Origin: Botryllus schlosseri
Taxonomy: Eukaryota
Assembly (NCBI GenBank): GCA_051294905.1
Contig: CM119372.1
Span: 3,598,001-3,662,000, forward strand
Length of the DNA stretch: 64,000 bases
Reading direction: 5' to 3'
The position numbers and the translations under genes were made by a program. Shown here in pieces: positions 14,401 through 27,699 of this stretch. The notes below the pieces were generated by a model. The model was given only the letters and a program-made list of their open reading frames with translations. It made no database searches and was not told the origin of the DNA. Every line of letters starts with the position of its first letter. The first letter of the stretch is position 1.

Positions 14401-14560
14401 TCCCTTGACCTGACAATACGTAAGCGAACGGACATTCATTACGTCATCAACGCCCTGTCCGATAGATTTGGGTATGAAGAACTGCGAGGGTGGATACGAG
14501 ACGATCACAACGTACAGCAAATTTTGAAGAACATTGGTCAAATGGAAGAAGTGTGGGTAT
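11450..14560 (+). pseudogene. Probable decayed gene (ZU5-like segments followed by an LRR-gene-like exon)
   Basis: Coding-like composition with many stops. [P/S]HC motifs at about 11791, 12481 and 12858. Exon-like blocks at 14069-14159 and about 14430-14556 (DIHYVINALSDRFGYEEL) resemble DVGDITKALSKNNQQEEL in exon 20051-20291. Confidence 0.3.
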
Positions 14561-14573
14561 GGATCGTATAATA

Positions 14574-17499
14574 CACTGTTAAAAATATTCTATGCCAAAT
14601 TACTGGTCTGGTCCTGGCAGCAGTTTTACGGCTCTGAGACCGGTAAATTTGAAAAATATTTTCCTGTAAATATTATTGACCGTAATTTATTCTTACAAAG
14701 ACTGACTGTTAAAATTTTTACAGAAAATTCCCGTTACCTGATGTAACGGAAAACGGCTGTAATACCAAGTTACTGGTCTGGTCCAGTGCAGCAGTTTTAC
14801 GCTGATGAGACCAGTAAATTCGAAATAACTCTCCCCGTAATATGATTTTACATATGCTGACCGTAGGAAATTTTACAGAAAATTTCCGTAACTAAAGGTA
14901 ACAGAAATCTGCAGTAATATCAATATACTCGTCTGGTCCCTTGCAGCAGTTTTACGTTCCTGAGACCAGTAAATTTGAATCAGGTTTATTTGGTGCGGGA
15001 ACAAGTAAAAAAAAAGTAAGTGTGGATAATGACGAAAATCCAGTCTTTCTTGTGGAGATCATCAGTCAGCAACTGCCTGAATGAAGAGGGCTTCATCAAA
15101 ACTTCAGCAGCAGCAGTTGAAGGACTGTACTTTGGGCCATGCTCTTTTGTAGGTTCTTCTATAATCTGAACAAAGATTATGCAGTCATCAACACAGTTAC
15201 AATTTGGAAACTTTGAAACGCTATAGTACGACATACTGCGATTTTTCATATTCTTGTCAATTTCTCGAATAATGATGGCCTAGGATAGGGGTGTCGAACA
15301 TACGGACCGCAGGTCGCATGCGGCTTGCGAAGCAATTCTGAGTAGTTTGAAAAACCCCTGTATTACCCAGCACATTTTCTAACAAATGTTGAGATATTAT
15401 TGTAAGAAATACTTTCCGCAAGGCCACAAATGTAAAGATCATAGACCGTGATATAATTATCCGACAGTGGTGTTGTGGTTTTACTCTAGTCATCATCAGG
15501 AACAAGTTGGTAATAATGACATCCAATTTCCAAAACTCCAAAAAGTGCACACTGAGTTCTTATTTTTATGAAGAAATGAGCCAAAAAGTAGTTATTCGTG
15601 AAGTGAAGAAAAAAACTGTTATATGCAGGTCGCATAGAGAATATATTAGTTATAAAAAATCAATTCAAATATATTTGGTCGCACTGCTGTATCACTTCTA
15701 CTCAAAGGCCCCAGACAGACAGAGAAACCCGAATGACGATTAATAATGAGCCAAATTCTAACGTCTGCGTTTGCAATTAAATCACTTGTGTTCCTCAAAG
15801 CGCATACGATGAGTTAACGGCAGATTACGAATAAAACAGAGGGAGCATACAAATATGTCAGCTTATTCCGTCGTTAGAGTCAGTGTTTTAGCGGTTGAAT
15901 TCAAACGATCAATCTTTGAATTTTTGCCCAAATTCCGTTGTTTGCGAGTAAAGGTGCTGCTAGAATATATCCATATGATATGATCGTGAATGTTATGTAA
16001 TATACCAAAATGTATACAGGATTGATAATAAACTATTCAAGCGAAAAGTAAGGTCGGGCGTTTTGATGTACCGTAACATTTTGGAATGATTTAACGGATC
16101 CGGCCCGCGAGCGGTTTGAAAGTTTGAATCCGGCCAGCGATGCAAGTTGAGTTTGATACCCCTGGCCTAGGACTTCGTACCTGAATCATCTTTTCCAGCG
16201 TGATTGCAAACTTTTCTGGCAATATTCCTTTGCATCGCACGTCCAATGTATTTCGCACTGCACCGTGCTAGAAGCGAGAGGCGAAATGATCCCTTTCTAT
16301 CACATAAGCATTCGACGTCATGATTCATAATGCCATAACGCTTCCATTTTCGTGTAGTTCAATGTCAGAAAATTTAATACATTCTTATAAGCCATAGCTT
16401 CTGTTCACCATTAAACTGTAACGAAAATACATACGTCTTCAGAAACAGGACTGAGAATAACTTGCCAGGTTTGAGCTCGGACACTGCTATACCTACAATA
16501 TCTGCTATCAACACCTGCAATATTCTAAAGCTAGAGTTAAGCTGTGGCTTCGAAACCCTCAATATCTTACAGCAACGCATCTTGTCATTATCCAATACGA
16601 AAACATCGGGTCAATATAATATCTATGTCGGAACATTCAGCCGCACGTGCTCAGGCTCAGATATGTCTGACGTCTGACGCCGCTATGTCTGGAATATGTA
16701 TGACGTCACAATGTACTGTTCGCTCGAGCAGCTACGAATTCATGATCAAACAATTCATAAGGCCATTCGCAGGAAAAAGGTAAAGGACGTATACTACTCT
16801 CGTCGCAATGGCAAAGGAGCATGGCGGCTAAACACCAGCTCCAGTGTTTCGATATATAATTTGCATCATACATGCGTTAAGGAGTCTACAATGGTGGCAG
16901 AACTGGTCCAACAGATAATTACACAAAAGATTAATCCTGCAGTAAAACTACATAACATACCAAATTCGCTTGGCATGCTACTATTGCTAGACCATGATGT
17001 CTCAAAGGATACTATTTATAAAGCGATATAAACGATGGTATCTGCAATGCCCAAATGTTCGGATGCCATTCACCGATTAGCATTCAGCACGGCCATCGAT
17101 GTCGTAATTTGCTTGATGATTGAAACATGATGTAATGACGAAAATCACATATATATGTCCATAAGACCGTAAGCGTGTAAAATGATCGAATTGTAAGTGC
17201 AATAGCAATGTTGCAAATAATGATTATCCAGTAAATCGCTTTTACGAATGCAAAAGTAAATCCGGAATACTTGTTATCCAGTAAATTGCTTTTACAAATC
17301 CAAAAGTAAATCTGAAATACAATTTATCCCGTAAATTGCTTCTACGAATTTAATCTGTAATATTTTTACCCTCTAAAAACAAGTAAATTTACTTTTGACG
17401 TGCCCGTATATTAATTTAACGGGCATTTACCGTTAATATAACTGACGGGACAAATTTACCGGTATAATTTGGGTAAATCTACGAATATTTCTAAGAGTG
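14574..17499 (-). mobile_element. CACTA/EnSpm-type element, decayed
   Basis: TIR CACTGTTAAAAATATTC / CACTCTTAGAAATATTC with TA flanks. Subterminal tandem repeats of about 165 bp x3 (14600-14980) and about 49 bp x3 (17224-17350). Confidence 0.7.
15286..16164. mobile_element. hAT-type MITE nested in the CACTA element
   Basis: TAGGGGTGTCGAAC / GTTTGATACCCCTG termini; perfect TSD gcctagga (15278-15285, 16165-16172). Confidence 0.85.
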
Positions 17500-17794
17500 T
17501 ATTCTATAACGATTTTGCCGTGTCATAGGCTCTATTATGATAGTTTCATCGACTTCGGTGATGACAGTTATTTTTTCCAGACAACGAGACTACAAAGTGC
17601 CAAATGAATGTAGTCTCGAAGTAAATACCATATTTCATGACGCTAGAGTAAGGAGCGCGTGCTCGAACAGATTTGTTGAACTACTTTACTTCTTGTTTAG
17701 TACTTAGGATGACCAATGACCATGACCATAAGGGTCTTCAGTACCATTGCTTGCTCAATACTCATACATTAACCTTGAATTTAACGAGGTAAAA

Positions 17795-18345
17795 GGAATC
17801 GAGTCCTTTCACTGCAGGATTGGTGGGAATACGCTTAGCATTACAATGGGGTGTAGAAAACAGCAATTCCAATATACTAATACTTGTGGACTGTTTGAGC
17901 GCAATTCAAGCGATTGACAGTATTTCTGGGCGATCGCGTCACCTCATCGCACCAATTTTACAAACGACCGATCGAATATCGGAGGCAGGATACAAGATCG
18001 CTATTTGGTGGATACTTGGTAACCTCGTCATCATCAAATTCCCGCGAATGAAAAGGCAGATGAATTGGTCAGACAAGTAGAGAGGCGAGCCAGTTTGCAA
18101 ACGAGTAAATTCGAACCGTCAGTACGTGACATCGCTGCTTCGCGTCGGAAGGCGTACGTCGAACTTTGGAATAACCGCTATTCACAATCGGACAAGTCAC
18201 AACAATATAAGGAATGTTTTCCAACCGTTTACCACGGAACAGACGAGAATGGACTGCCGAAAAAGTATCAAGCGATTTCGTTCCGACTACAAACTGGACA
18301 TTGCGGACTAAACATGCGCACCTATTCAAATTGGGGATAACGTTT
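17795..18345 (+). mobile_element. LINE ORF2 RNase H remnant (I-clade-like)
   Basis: GIRLALQW, ILVDCLSAIQAI, IAIWWI.G, RLQTGHCGLN, HLFKLG across frameshifts. Confidence 0.85.
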
Positions 18346-18721
18346 TGGAATTGGGATAACATTTTGGATTCATTCGACTTTGTAAGGTTGGCAGATGTCG
18401 TAGCTTTCTTTATCGCATTCATCGTTCATTCATTCACTCTCCAATCCTCGCGTCGTCTTCGGATCTTCGATGCCAACTTATAGCTCTCCGTGTTTCTGGA
18501 CTTTTGGATCCACTGCATTTACAGCAAGAATGGTGATGAGGAGCCCTGATAAATCTCCGACAAACAGAAGATAGGCAGAAACTAGGCTCAAACCTGCATC
18601 CGTTTACGACAAGAAGGTGATGTGGAATCGATATGGGAGTAATCAAACAAAGATTTAATTATGGCCATTGTATGTGTGTTTGTTTGTAGGTCATATGCTG
18701 TGAAGTAGGTTTTTTCATGTT

Positions 18722-18870
18722 GATAAGATAGCGTAATGGTGAAGCGTCCGGCTTCTTGATCGGTAGGTCGTGGGTTCGATCCCCGGCCGGGTCAGACCAA
18801 AGACCTGATTAGTAACACTGGTATTCATGACTTCCCTGATTGGCATTTACTGGAATAGCATGGAGAGGTG
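18722..18870 (+). mobile_element. tRNA-derived SINE head
   Basis: A-box TAGCGTAATGG and B-box GGTTCGATCC, followed by non-tRNA body (ggtcagaccaaagac...cttccctgattggc); no convincing acceptor stem. Confidence 0.7.
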
Positions 18871-20050
18871 GTGCAAGACTTAGAAAGCCGTAAAGGCTAT
18901 ATTTGCATCTTCCTTGTCCAGCGGCATATGCACAAGCACATCATGCTCTCACGGTATGCATATGCACACTGCACAGATTGTGTGTATGTGTATCATGAGT
19001 CGGTGTATATGCCGCAAAAAAAACATCAAGGACAAAAATAAAGTACGTCCTGTCCTTTAGTTGAACTCGGTGGTTTTCTAGCAATATCTGACCACAAAGA
19101 TGCTCCCTATTAACAGGCGTTGGTAGCGAAACAAGAAATTCCGAAGGATATTATGAGTGTTGCCCTTGTTGAACGACGCGAGAAGAATCATGGCGAAGTT
19201 ATAGACGATGGATATTATTCAGATCAAGATCGAAAACCCTGCAACGATGTCGCACAAACAAATGAAGGTGACGTCAAAGATTATGGTCCTAATTCATCGA
19301 TTATTAGGCCTACACGAATTTCATTTTGGTTGATTATGCAGGCGCCACGGTCGGTCATTAATGATAAATGTAATAGTAATATGGTTCCGAAGGCAAATAA
19401 TGCAACCAGACAATAGGAGAAGGTTGATCACAATGTATACAGGGGCACAATAGTGCATCGTGAATATTTTTAAAACCCGACATGAATAATATACATCGCT
19501 TCGGTGGTTTAGTAGTGTCATATCAGCTATAATCCTGATGTGGTTTGATTTCGCCAGGCTCGCTGTATTTGTGAGAAAATCACGTGTCTCTTGATTTTGA
19601 TAACCTGCGTAAATTTATATCGCACTTTTTAGGTGCTATCTCTCGTCTGCTATGCTTGAAATTAGTACACATCTGAGTAAGAGCAGTTAAAAGTCGCCCT
19701 GTATGCTATATTAGACGAAGAATCGGGATACTTAGGTATATTTTTTCTTTTTTCTGGGGAGGGGGTTCTCTGAAGAAAGGGTGGGGCACATTGAAACAAA
19801 ATAGTCATGTTATTTCAAACGGCTGTCCTTTCGTTATTTCAACATATTATCTAATAATTTTTTATTTGGAAATATGCGTTTTATGTTCATGTTCATCCAT
19901 CGTTTTGCTTAAGTTCATTGGTATTTCTGGATTCGAAATATTTTGATGACTAAAATTGTATTTTTTGGCCCATTGTGCCCCATCTTCTCCTACTATGATG
20001 ATGATCTGCAATGATGGGTCTATTATCATTATAGTTGTCAATGCTGGCAG

Positions 20051-23000
20051 GGAAAGAATAAAACGTGAACTATTTTCTCAAGACCCTGAAATGATATTGG
20101 AAAATGATGACTCCAACCTGATTGATTGCTTCGGAGTTGCTCATCGTCCAATGACTGAAAAAGACGTGGGAGATATTACAAAGGCATTGTCGAAAAATAA
20201 CCAACAAGAAGAACTGGAATTTCGGCATTGCGGTCTAAATGAATGTCTTCTGGAAAAGCTGTTGGATGAAGTCGAAAGTCTCAACAAGAAGGTTGATATC
20301 ACTGTTGCGTAACGCGTAACGCTTTGACTGGAACGCGTAATGACGGTAGCCTAATTGCAACCTATGAATTTAATTCGATAGATAAATGTGCTTGATATGA
20401 CAAATTCAATCGCAATTCTGTTGGGTGGTTTCGGCATGATTTTAGAAGCTCGTTTTGTTGATTTGCATTTAAATAGCGGTGTGACGCAGGGTCGCTATAC
20501 TGTCCTGATTTTCAGATTCGTCCATATTTTCGAGGGCGATGCGTGATAAAACTACATTGTCCTTACTTCTCAGATTTATTATCAGTTTTCCAAATTCACG
20601 GTTTGTATGGTTGGCCTTTACTATAACGATGGTAACCAGGGGTCTAACGATAACGAAACATATGCTGAGTTTATTGGGAATATTTTTCGCATCGCCTCTA
20701 AACACCAGTCGGTAAAAAAGCGTGTCACTTCCTTGCTGGTATATGTGGGTTCCCGTCCCCGGAGAGAGATAACCTTGCGGTTTCGTCGTTTCCATCGTCA
20801 AAGCACCGCGATGCGGGTACAGACGAAAATAAAATGCCCTTTTTTTCCTTTAACGAGAAATGAAATCATGGATTGTCAAAGTGTTTCAACAATGCATTGT
20901 CCAGCAGAAGTCCATTATGTAATTATTTGCCAGACAATAAGCCGATAAATCTCTAATCTATGGCCTTCCCTGGTGAGCTTGCATTCCAGCTGAGTATACG
21001 CTGTTTATACTAGCGATTGATAATACAAATATACCACGTGATTAGCAGAAACGGATATAGTATCATTCAGCCATGTCATAGGTCACGTACTCAGCAAGAT
21101 CTGGCAAGGCAGTCACCATGTCATTATATAGACTTCCTTATACTTTACGAGGTGGTTGTATCATATATGATATGGCATGTCTCCGAGACGGATTTCTCCA
21201 TGTTCACACGGCCTTGATATTGGGTACTACGTTTTTGAAAAGCTAAGACTTTTCCGATGCATTTGGTTTGCAAAAATTAAAATTAAAATAAAATGAAAAA
21301 AATGGTTATCACCTAAAATTTCCAGATATTTCCCAGTGGGAAATATTGTCGGAAAATCTGCCAGAAGATCAGAAGTCGACATGTACGGTATTTTGTGTAA
21401 ATTTTCACGGTTTCAAACATCAAAACGTGTTCTGGGGAGTCTTCTGGTGGGATTTGATAATTTTGGTCACGCTTCAGTGATTTTCAAGATCTAGGTCAAG
21501 TTGAAGGGCAAATTCAGACAGCACATGAGTCGTAAACTGGTTTACTATGCCTGCAGATGGTTGGATATGACAAAAGAAAGCATACTGTGTTGTTTTATGC
21601 CATAAACCAGACGGTAGGGGTCCGATTGAGTCTTGATCCTGAACTTGACCTTGATGACCACTCACTGACCACGCCCATTTGTAAATTTTATATGTATTTT
21701 CCATTTTCGATATCTGACGGACCGCGTGGTTTACAACCATGGTTGACGGCTTGTTTGCAACCATGCAACAGTGGCTACGCACTGAAGCATCGTATTTCTC
21801 TCTCTGACGCCATTCTGAGGGTCAGCATTGATAATTGAGAGAGAGAGAGAATTTTTTGGATAAAAATTTTGTTTACTTAAACTTGGTAAAAAACCATAGA
21901 CATGTCATGGCGTGTTGATCAAGGGTGGAATCGGTATAGGGGTATACTATGCCCACTTTTAAACTGGAACGGCCAAGATTCAAGTCTTGGTGGGGTCACG
22001 GTGTGAATTTGAAAAGTGAAGGTCAATTCTGCAAAATATGGTCCCACCTCGTAAGGGTTAGTGGCGTACTTGTATCTTTTTCTTTCAACATATAGTGTAC
22101 TGATGTTTTAACTGATTTCGTGAAATTGAAATTTACTCGACATTGGGTTACCAACGTCTTCCTTTCGAAGGATTTGTCTTTTTTGAAGAAATGTCCTTTT
22201 TGACTATTTGTCCTCCTTTGTAGTCTAAAATGCCCAAGAAGGTCACGAAAGACGTTAAATTTTGGGCTAAAACACAGAAGACGGGTTACGCGGGAGTGAA
22301 ATATCGGGAGTCGAGTCAGAGTGATGACCTTAGTTTTTGTCAACACAAGATTTCCAGTATAAATTTCAAAATTTGCTGTTTTCAATTTCGGTAAACTAAC
22401 TCTAATGTCTTGATAAAAGTGTCCTCCTTTCCCGGTTCTAAAATAAGGTAACCCTATAACATATGTCGACAGATCAAGATCAAGAAGCTCAGCGTTACTG
22501 CCCACGAGGATATTGATAGACTCTTCCCAAGCATTTGCAAGCTTTTGGTGAGGTGTGGTACAAAGGAATTGAATATCGAAGAATGCAATGGTTCGCAGAC
22601 GTCTCTTCATTTATTAAACGATTGCATTGATAAATATCAGGTATTGTTAATAAATGGAATAGACTTCTATAATATACGTACCAGTGACGAGCACATTATG
22701 TAATATGTGCAAGACAGTTTCAGTTTACCGCTTTACACTTACAATTTCGTTGCACACTATATATACCAGCGGTCGGGAACCTATGGCTCGCGAGTCATAT
22801 ATGGCTCTTTCGGATATAAGATATGGCTCTTTACCAAATAAATATTTTTGTACTGAATTGATCTATTGCAGCGACTTGTTAGTAAACTTTCATCACGACC
22901 AGAATAATTATCCCCGTGGCATTATAAACATGTCCTTGAGAGGTAAATGCAATGCCGTCTTCAAGTTTAAGGACTATATAGAACTATTTTCAAAATATTC

Positions 23001-26000
23001 AAATTTAAGTTACTGTCGCGCCGGTGACCAATATCCTTGCGAATTCGAGGTAGCCTGCCCAACTCGAAATCTTGGATTTCGCGATACGTTGATTGATCAA
23101 AGAGAAGCAGACATGGCGACACCAATATCTTTTCAAATACACATTTCCTTCCTGATCTACGGCGCGAAATGAACTGCCGTGAACGTGACATTCATAATTA
23201 CAAACTCGAATTACAAACAACGCCATAGCTATCCCCGTTCTTGATTGGCAACTGGCAAGTAGCTCTACATGCGATAAAATAGGCGTGTAGCGCAACGTTA
23301 TATGTTACCACCGAATACTTTGAGAATTGAGAAGTCGATCAGTATTTATATTTTCGGAATCAGTGCGACAGTTACATTGGAATAATATCAGTTATAATAA
23401 ATTCCAGGCTATTTACGATGAATTGCGTTATCAGTGGTCAGGCTTGGCCAGTTTGTGCCTTACCTCTCGTTTCACGCTTTATTTTTGAATAATAAATTGC
23501 AAATTGTGTGAATTTTGGAGAAAAATGTTCAAAATCTAGTCATTCATGAACATCAATAGAAAATACCAATAATAATTGAAGGTTTCAAATTTTTGTTAAC
23601 AGCCATGACTGGGTAGGCCTACATAGATTGCTGTAGTTACCATGTTTGGCTCCACCTACGCATGTGACCATGAGTTCTCGCATTTAAAATGAGCATCACG
23701 GCGAGCCTACGTTCTCGTATTTCGAGTTTCGCATGCTCAAGTAAAGCAACCAGCATTAGTTCGAGTTTTTAGAGAGACTATGTGGCGCACACGGCGAATC
23801 CCATGTATAGGCTAATGAGTTCGAATTAGTGCTACCATGACGTCAGGAATTTTGAATTGTGACGGAACAGCTGATTGACATGTATGGCTCTTTGGGAGGT
23901 AACATGGAAAAAAATAAGACCAATATGGCTCTTCGGACAAAAAAGGTTCCCGTCCACTGCTATACATCGTTCTCCAGGCCATGATCATGAAAACGGTTGC
24001 AGGACATGCGACAGCATGCTAAAAGATGAAAACGGCTGTTGAATATATGACACAATAGCATAGGGACACATGACTAGGGACAAAACAGCAAGGTGACTCA
24101 TCAGCAAGGTGACACAGGCGTATGGTGACACATTATCATGTGGATTGTGGATACATCAACATGGTGACACATCGGCATGGGGACACTTGGGTGTGGGGAC
24201 ATATCCACATGGGGTTGTTGTAATATTTGTTTATTTCCGTTGATGTTTTCTGAGGCTTCAGCCTGCTTCCTTGTCTCATCAATCATTGTGTAGTACACCG
24301 GCGAATAATAAACATGTACTCTGCAGTCTATCGCAAAGCTTAGTAAAGAAGCAGGTATAGTATTACATGGTGGCAGCGGTGGGATTCGTACCCACGCCAT
24401 CGTATTGACTGGTGCAATGTACATGTTGACGTTTTAACATGGTGACTCCTTAGTGCGCAACAATTGAGCATGTGATCCACCGCATGTGACATTTGAGCAT
24501 ATGTACCAACAAGTATTTTCATTGCATATTATCATTATCACTTATCAGCGCCTATGTCAAGTCTCCGAACTGGGCTTTCAATAGCTCCATAGTGTGATTT
24601 TGGAATAATAAAATCCGTTCTATCAAAAGGTGGAACTGGAAACGCTGGACCTCAGCTACCGAGAAAATAACGATTATAAGAAACTTGGAGATATTATCGC
24701 CAAAGGAATCAGTGAATTGTCATTGGTGAACTGCCGTTTGCAATTGGAAGATTTCAAAAATATGACGGGACATGACAATAAGGTGAAATATCATATCAGA
24801 TCGGTTCAAATTTTCATAATATCATAAACATAAAACCATAAACCATCGAGGCTAGTATTGCGCAGGACACACAACGTGCAATGCAATACACAACGCCACA
24901 ATCCGATTTATTATAAGTATAATGACACGTTTTTAGTGATATCACTATTATCTCTACCCGCACCCGTCTGTCGTTAGCTTCAATACGCTACCTCATTTTC
25001 AGCATTTCCGATATGTGTCAGAACCTCCACTCTGAGATGCCATGTAGTCAACGTTTACTATGCCGAGCTAAACCGTATAAAAGAGTTACGGTTTGTTTGC
25101 GATTTCAACAAGGGGTACACTCATATCATGTGCCGTTGGCCGGAATCGACGTATGACTCAATAGCTTGCTCTTAAATCGCTCAGTGCATCAAATATTTTA
25201 TAGGTCGACCTTTAGCAACCTCTAGTCTAGACCATAATGGTTCTCAAACTGAGGCGTGAAAGCATCCGAGGGGGCGCTATGCTGCGGTCAACCCTGGAAA
25301 GTTTTGCTGCAATTTTATCGATATGGGATTTCCAAGATAAAGTATATCATCAATGTGAATTTCAAGGTACTTCACACATGAGATGGAGTTCGCATTTGTG
25401 TTATTTATATTCAAGAATGCAGCGAGGAGCGAAGTATGCATAATGGCACTAGGCTTTTGGTAAATATAACAATTTGTGTTTTAGACGGATTTATAATAGC
25501 TTGTTCGCATTTATCCAGGAACTGATTCGATGTATTTGGGTATGAACTAAATCTTGCAAGAGTGAAAGGAAGAAAGCTGAGACTTACAACCACGTGTCAT
25601 CCGAGAAAAGCAGAGAATGTGACCAAGCCGTTCATGTATAGTATATATTGAACAGTTCGAAGTTTAAATTCAAGTTTAAGGGACCAAGGACCGATCCTTA
25701 TGAAATGCCACGGGTAACTAAAGATGAAGCAGCATCAGCATGGCAGAAGACGAATCATCAACATCTTGCATGCTATTTGATAGATAAGATTGTATTAGAT
25801 TATGCTGAGAGCCTCTCACACCATCTTGAAATTATTTATCAAGGAAAAGACTGCTTACTGTGTCAGAAGCTTTTTGAAGGTCCAGAAAAATACCACAGCC
25901 AATTTTATTTTTAGATATTGTTGAATAACATTGAAGAAGTTTTCTGAAGGTTTACTGCTTGGATAGTAGGCTGTTGCAGTTGCTACGAAAGCCAAATTGG

Positions 26001-27511
26001 TTTCAAATCGGTTCAGGTTCAGTAGAGGTTCAAAGTACTTAACATAGTCGTTTGTGGATGAGCTTTTCAAACACCACAGCCGTATAAGATGAACCGATAT
26101 AGGCCCGATAGCAGTGTTTCTCAACCGGTGTGGATAAATCACCACCGTGTGGAACCTCGCTCATTAATAACCCACCCCCTTTGAACGGGGTGGCCGCTAA
26201 TCGAAGTATAGTTCCTATATCACAAGATCGTACGTGAAGTTTGAGCAATCACGCACGATTGTTGGTAAAGAGAAATATTGGTTCTAATCAATATCACGCA
26301 AGATTGTGCATTATACTATCAAACTTCACTTGCTAGAGATGTACAAACACATTGCCTTTGCTATATAATGCATATGCATCACATCTTCAATTTAACTTGT
26401 GGGAGCGAAAACTTCTCTGAGACTCTTACGTTAGTAGCCTACGCTTGGCAGTTCACCTTTGATTGGTATTTTTCATTAGCTCAAATATCTTGACATCAGC
26501 TACAATGCTGTTGATAAGGAGTCGGTGGCAATGTTATCTGGCCTACTTTGCAAAGACAGAGATGTCACTCTAATCATGGAAGGATGCGATTTATCAGTTC
26601 ACGAACTGGGTCGCTTCGAAAATGCGGATGGTATCAAGGTAGGTTGATCCAATTCAGAAATCCCAATTTATTACGGCGAATATCATGTAGATTGAAAAGT
26701 TGGATCTCAGTTATAATGAAACTTTGGATTCGGAAGGCTTAAAAGAAGCTGGACGCCTTGTGAGACGATTTGGTTGCATCGATGTCCGACTTTCATCGTG
26801 CGACTTGACGGAAGAGTCATTGAGGTCTTTCAAAAATGGCATTGAGTCTCATCAGGTAATTCATAGTCTACATGTCGTTGCGGAAATAACATTTCGCGTT
26901 GAATCGGTGTCACCGTTGACTGTTCTTAAAGTTTAACACGGCCGTATAATATATTTGGTTGCGCTAATATTCGACCTAAAGTTTAACACTGTCGCAATAT
27001 ATTTAGTTTCGAAGTCTCGATTTGAGTAATAACACCGGAATCGCTTCCTGTCACGAAGAGATAGCTGAGGTCACACGTATGTCTGGATTGGTTGAACTTG
27101 ACCTGAGCGATTGCAGGATGACGTCAACACAAGTCCAAAATCTTATTGAATCATTCAGGGCCCGTCACACGAAAGTAAGAAAACAAATAGCTTATTTTCA
27201 AATAGATAATGTATTTCAGGTTCCTAGAAGTTACATCATATTCCATATGTTACTGTTTTGTCATAGGTAAGATCAATCAATCTCAGCGACAGCGATAGAA
27301 GAAGAATCGACTTGAAATATGTCAACGCACTCAAAGCATTTAAGGAGTCTGACGTGTGCAGCCAACTGAAGCTTTTCCTACCACATCTGAGTGAAAAGGA
27401 CAAAGCATTGCTGGAATGCTGGAATCAAAAAGAGACGGTAAGTCAATAAATGCATATGCTTATGTATACCGTCTATCTATCCATAATTTCATTTTATAGA
27501 GGCCGGCCTGA
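20051..27511 (+). CDS. Multi-exon RNI-type leucine-rich repeat protein (5' end unresolved)
   Basis: In-frame GT-AG exons 20051-20291, 24630-24782, 26480-26638, 26691-26855, 27007-27174, 27267-27437, then short terminal exon from 27500 (RPA*). Exons 2-6 each start with LxxLDLSxN-like (LETLDLSY, LKYLDISYN, IEKLDLSYN, FRSLDLSNN, VRSINLSD) and most carry a second L..C.L half-repeat. Candidate upstream exon about 19117-19267. Confidence 0.8.
22767..23959. mobile_element. hAT (SPIN/Buster-like) MITE in an LRR gene intron
   Basis: Termini CAGCGGTCGGGAACCT / AGGTTCCCGTCCACTG with ATGGCTCTT subterminal repeats; TSD degraded. Confidence 0.7.
25410..25930 (-). mobile_element. Highly decayed LINE reverse transcriptase remnant in an intron
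   Basis: Minus-strand GIS*GSVLGP (GVPQGSVLGP-like), FSDDT (YADDT-like), INPSKTQIVIF. Confidence 0.7.
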
Positions 27512-27699
27512 TCCAGATGTTTCAACGGAAATAATTGCCGACTATCTATCGTATTTTGCTCAATACGTAGTTATTGTACTCGACCAACTACCTGTTCAAT
27601 CAAATTTGTCTTTGTCGTCTTTGATCAGGGATATCTAGAACTCAAGATATCCCTGTGTCTGATGTACATTGTAATGTTGTGTACATTATTATGATTGTA

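Noticed and set aside
16462..17031. Two same-frame ORFs split by one TGA (possible LRR exon or readthrough/selenocysteine)
   Set aside because: Lies inside the CACTA element; no LxxLxL consensus or SECIS evidence; probably antisense to decayed TE coding sequence.
18722..18795. Functional tRNA gene
   Set aside because: A and B boxes are present but there is no convincing acceptor stem or terminator, and it continues into a SINE-like body.
22023..23172. 195-aa and 162-aa ORFs in the LRR gene intron
   Set aside because: They run through MITE termini and show no protein motifs; chance ORFs.
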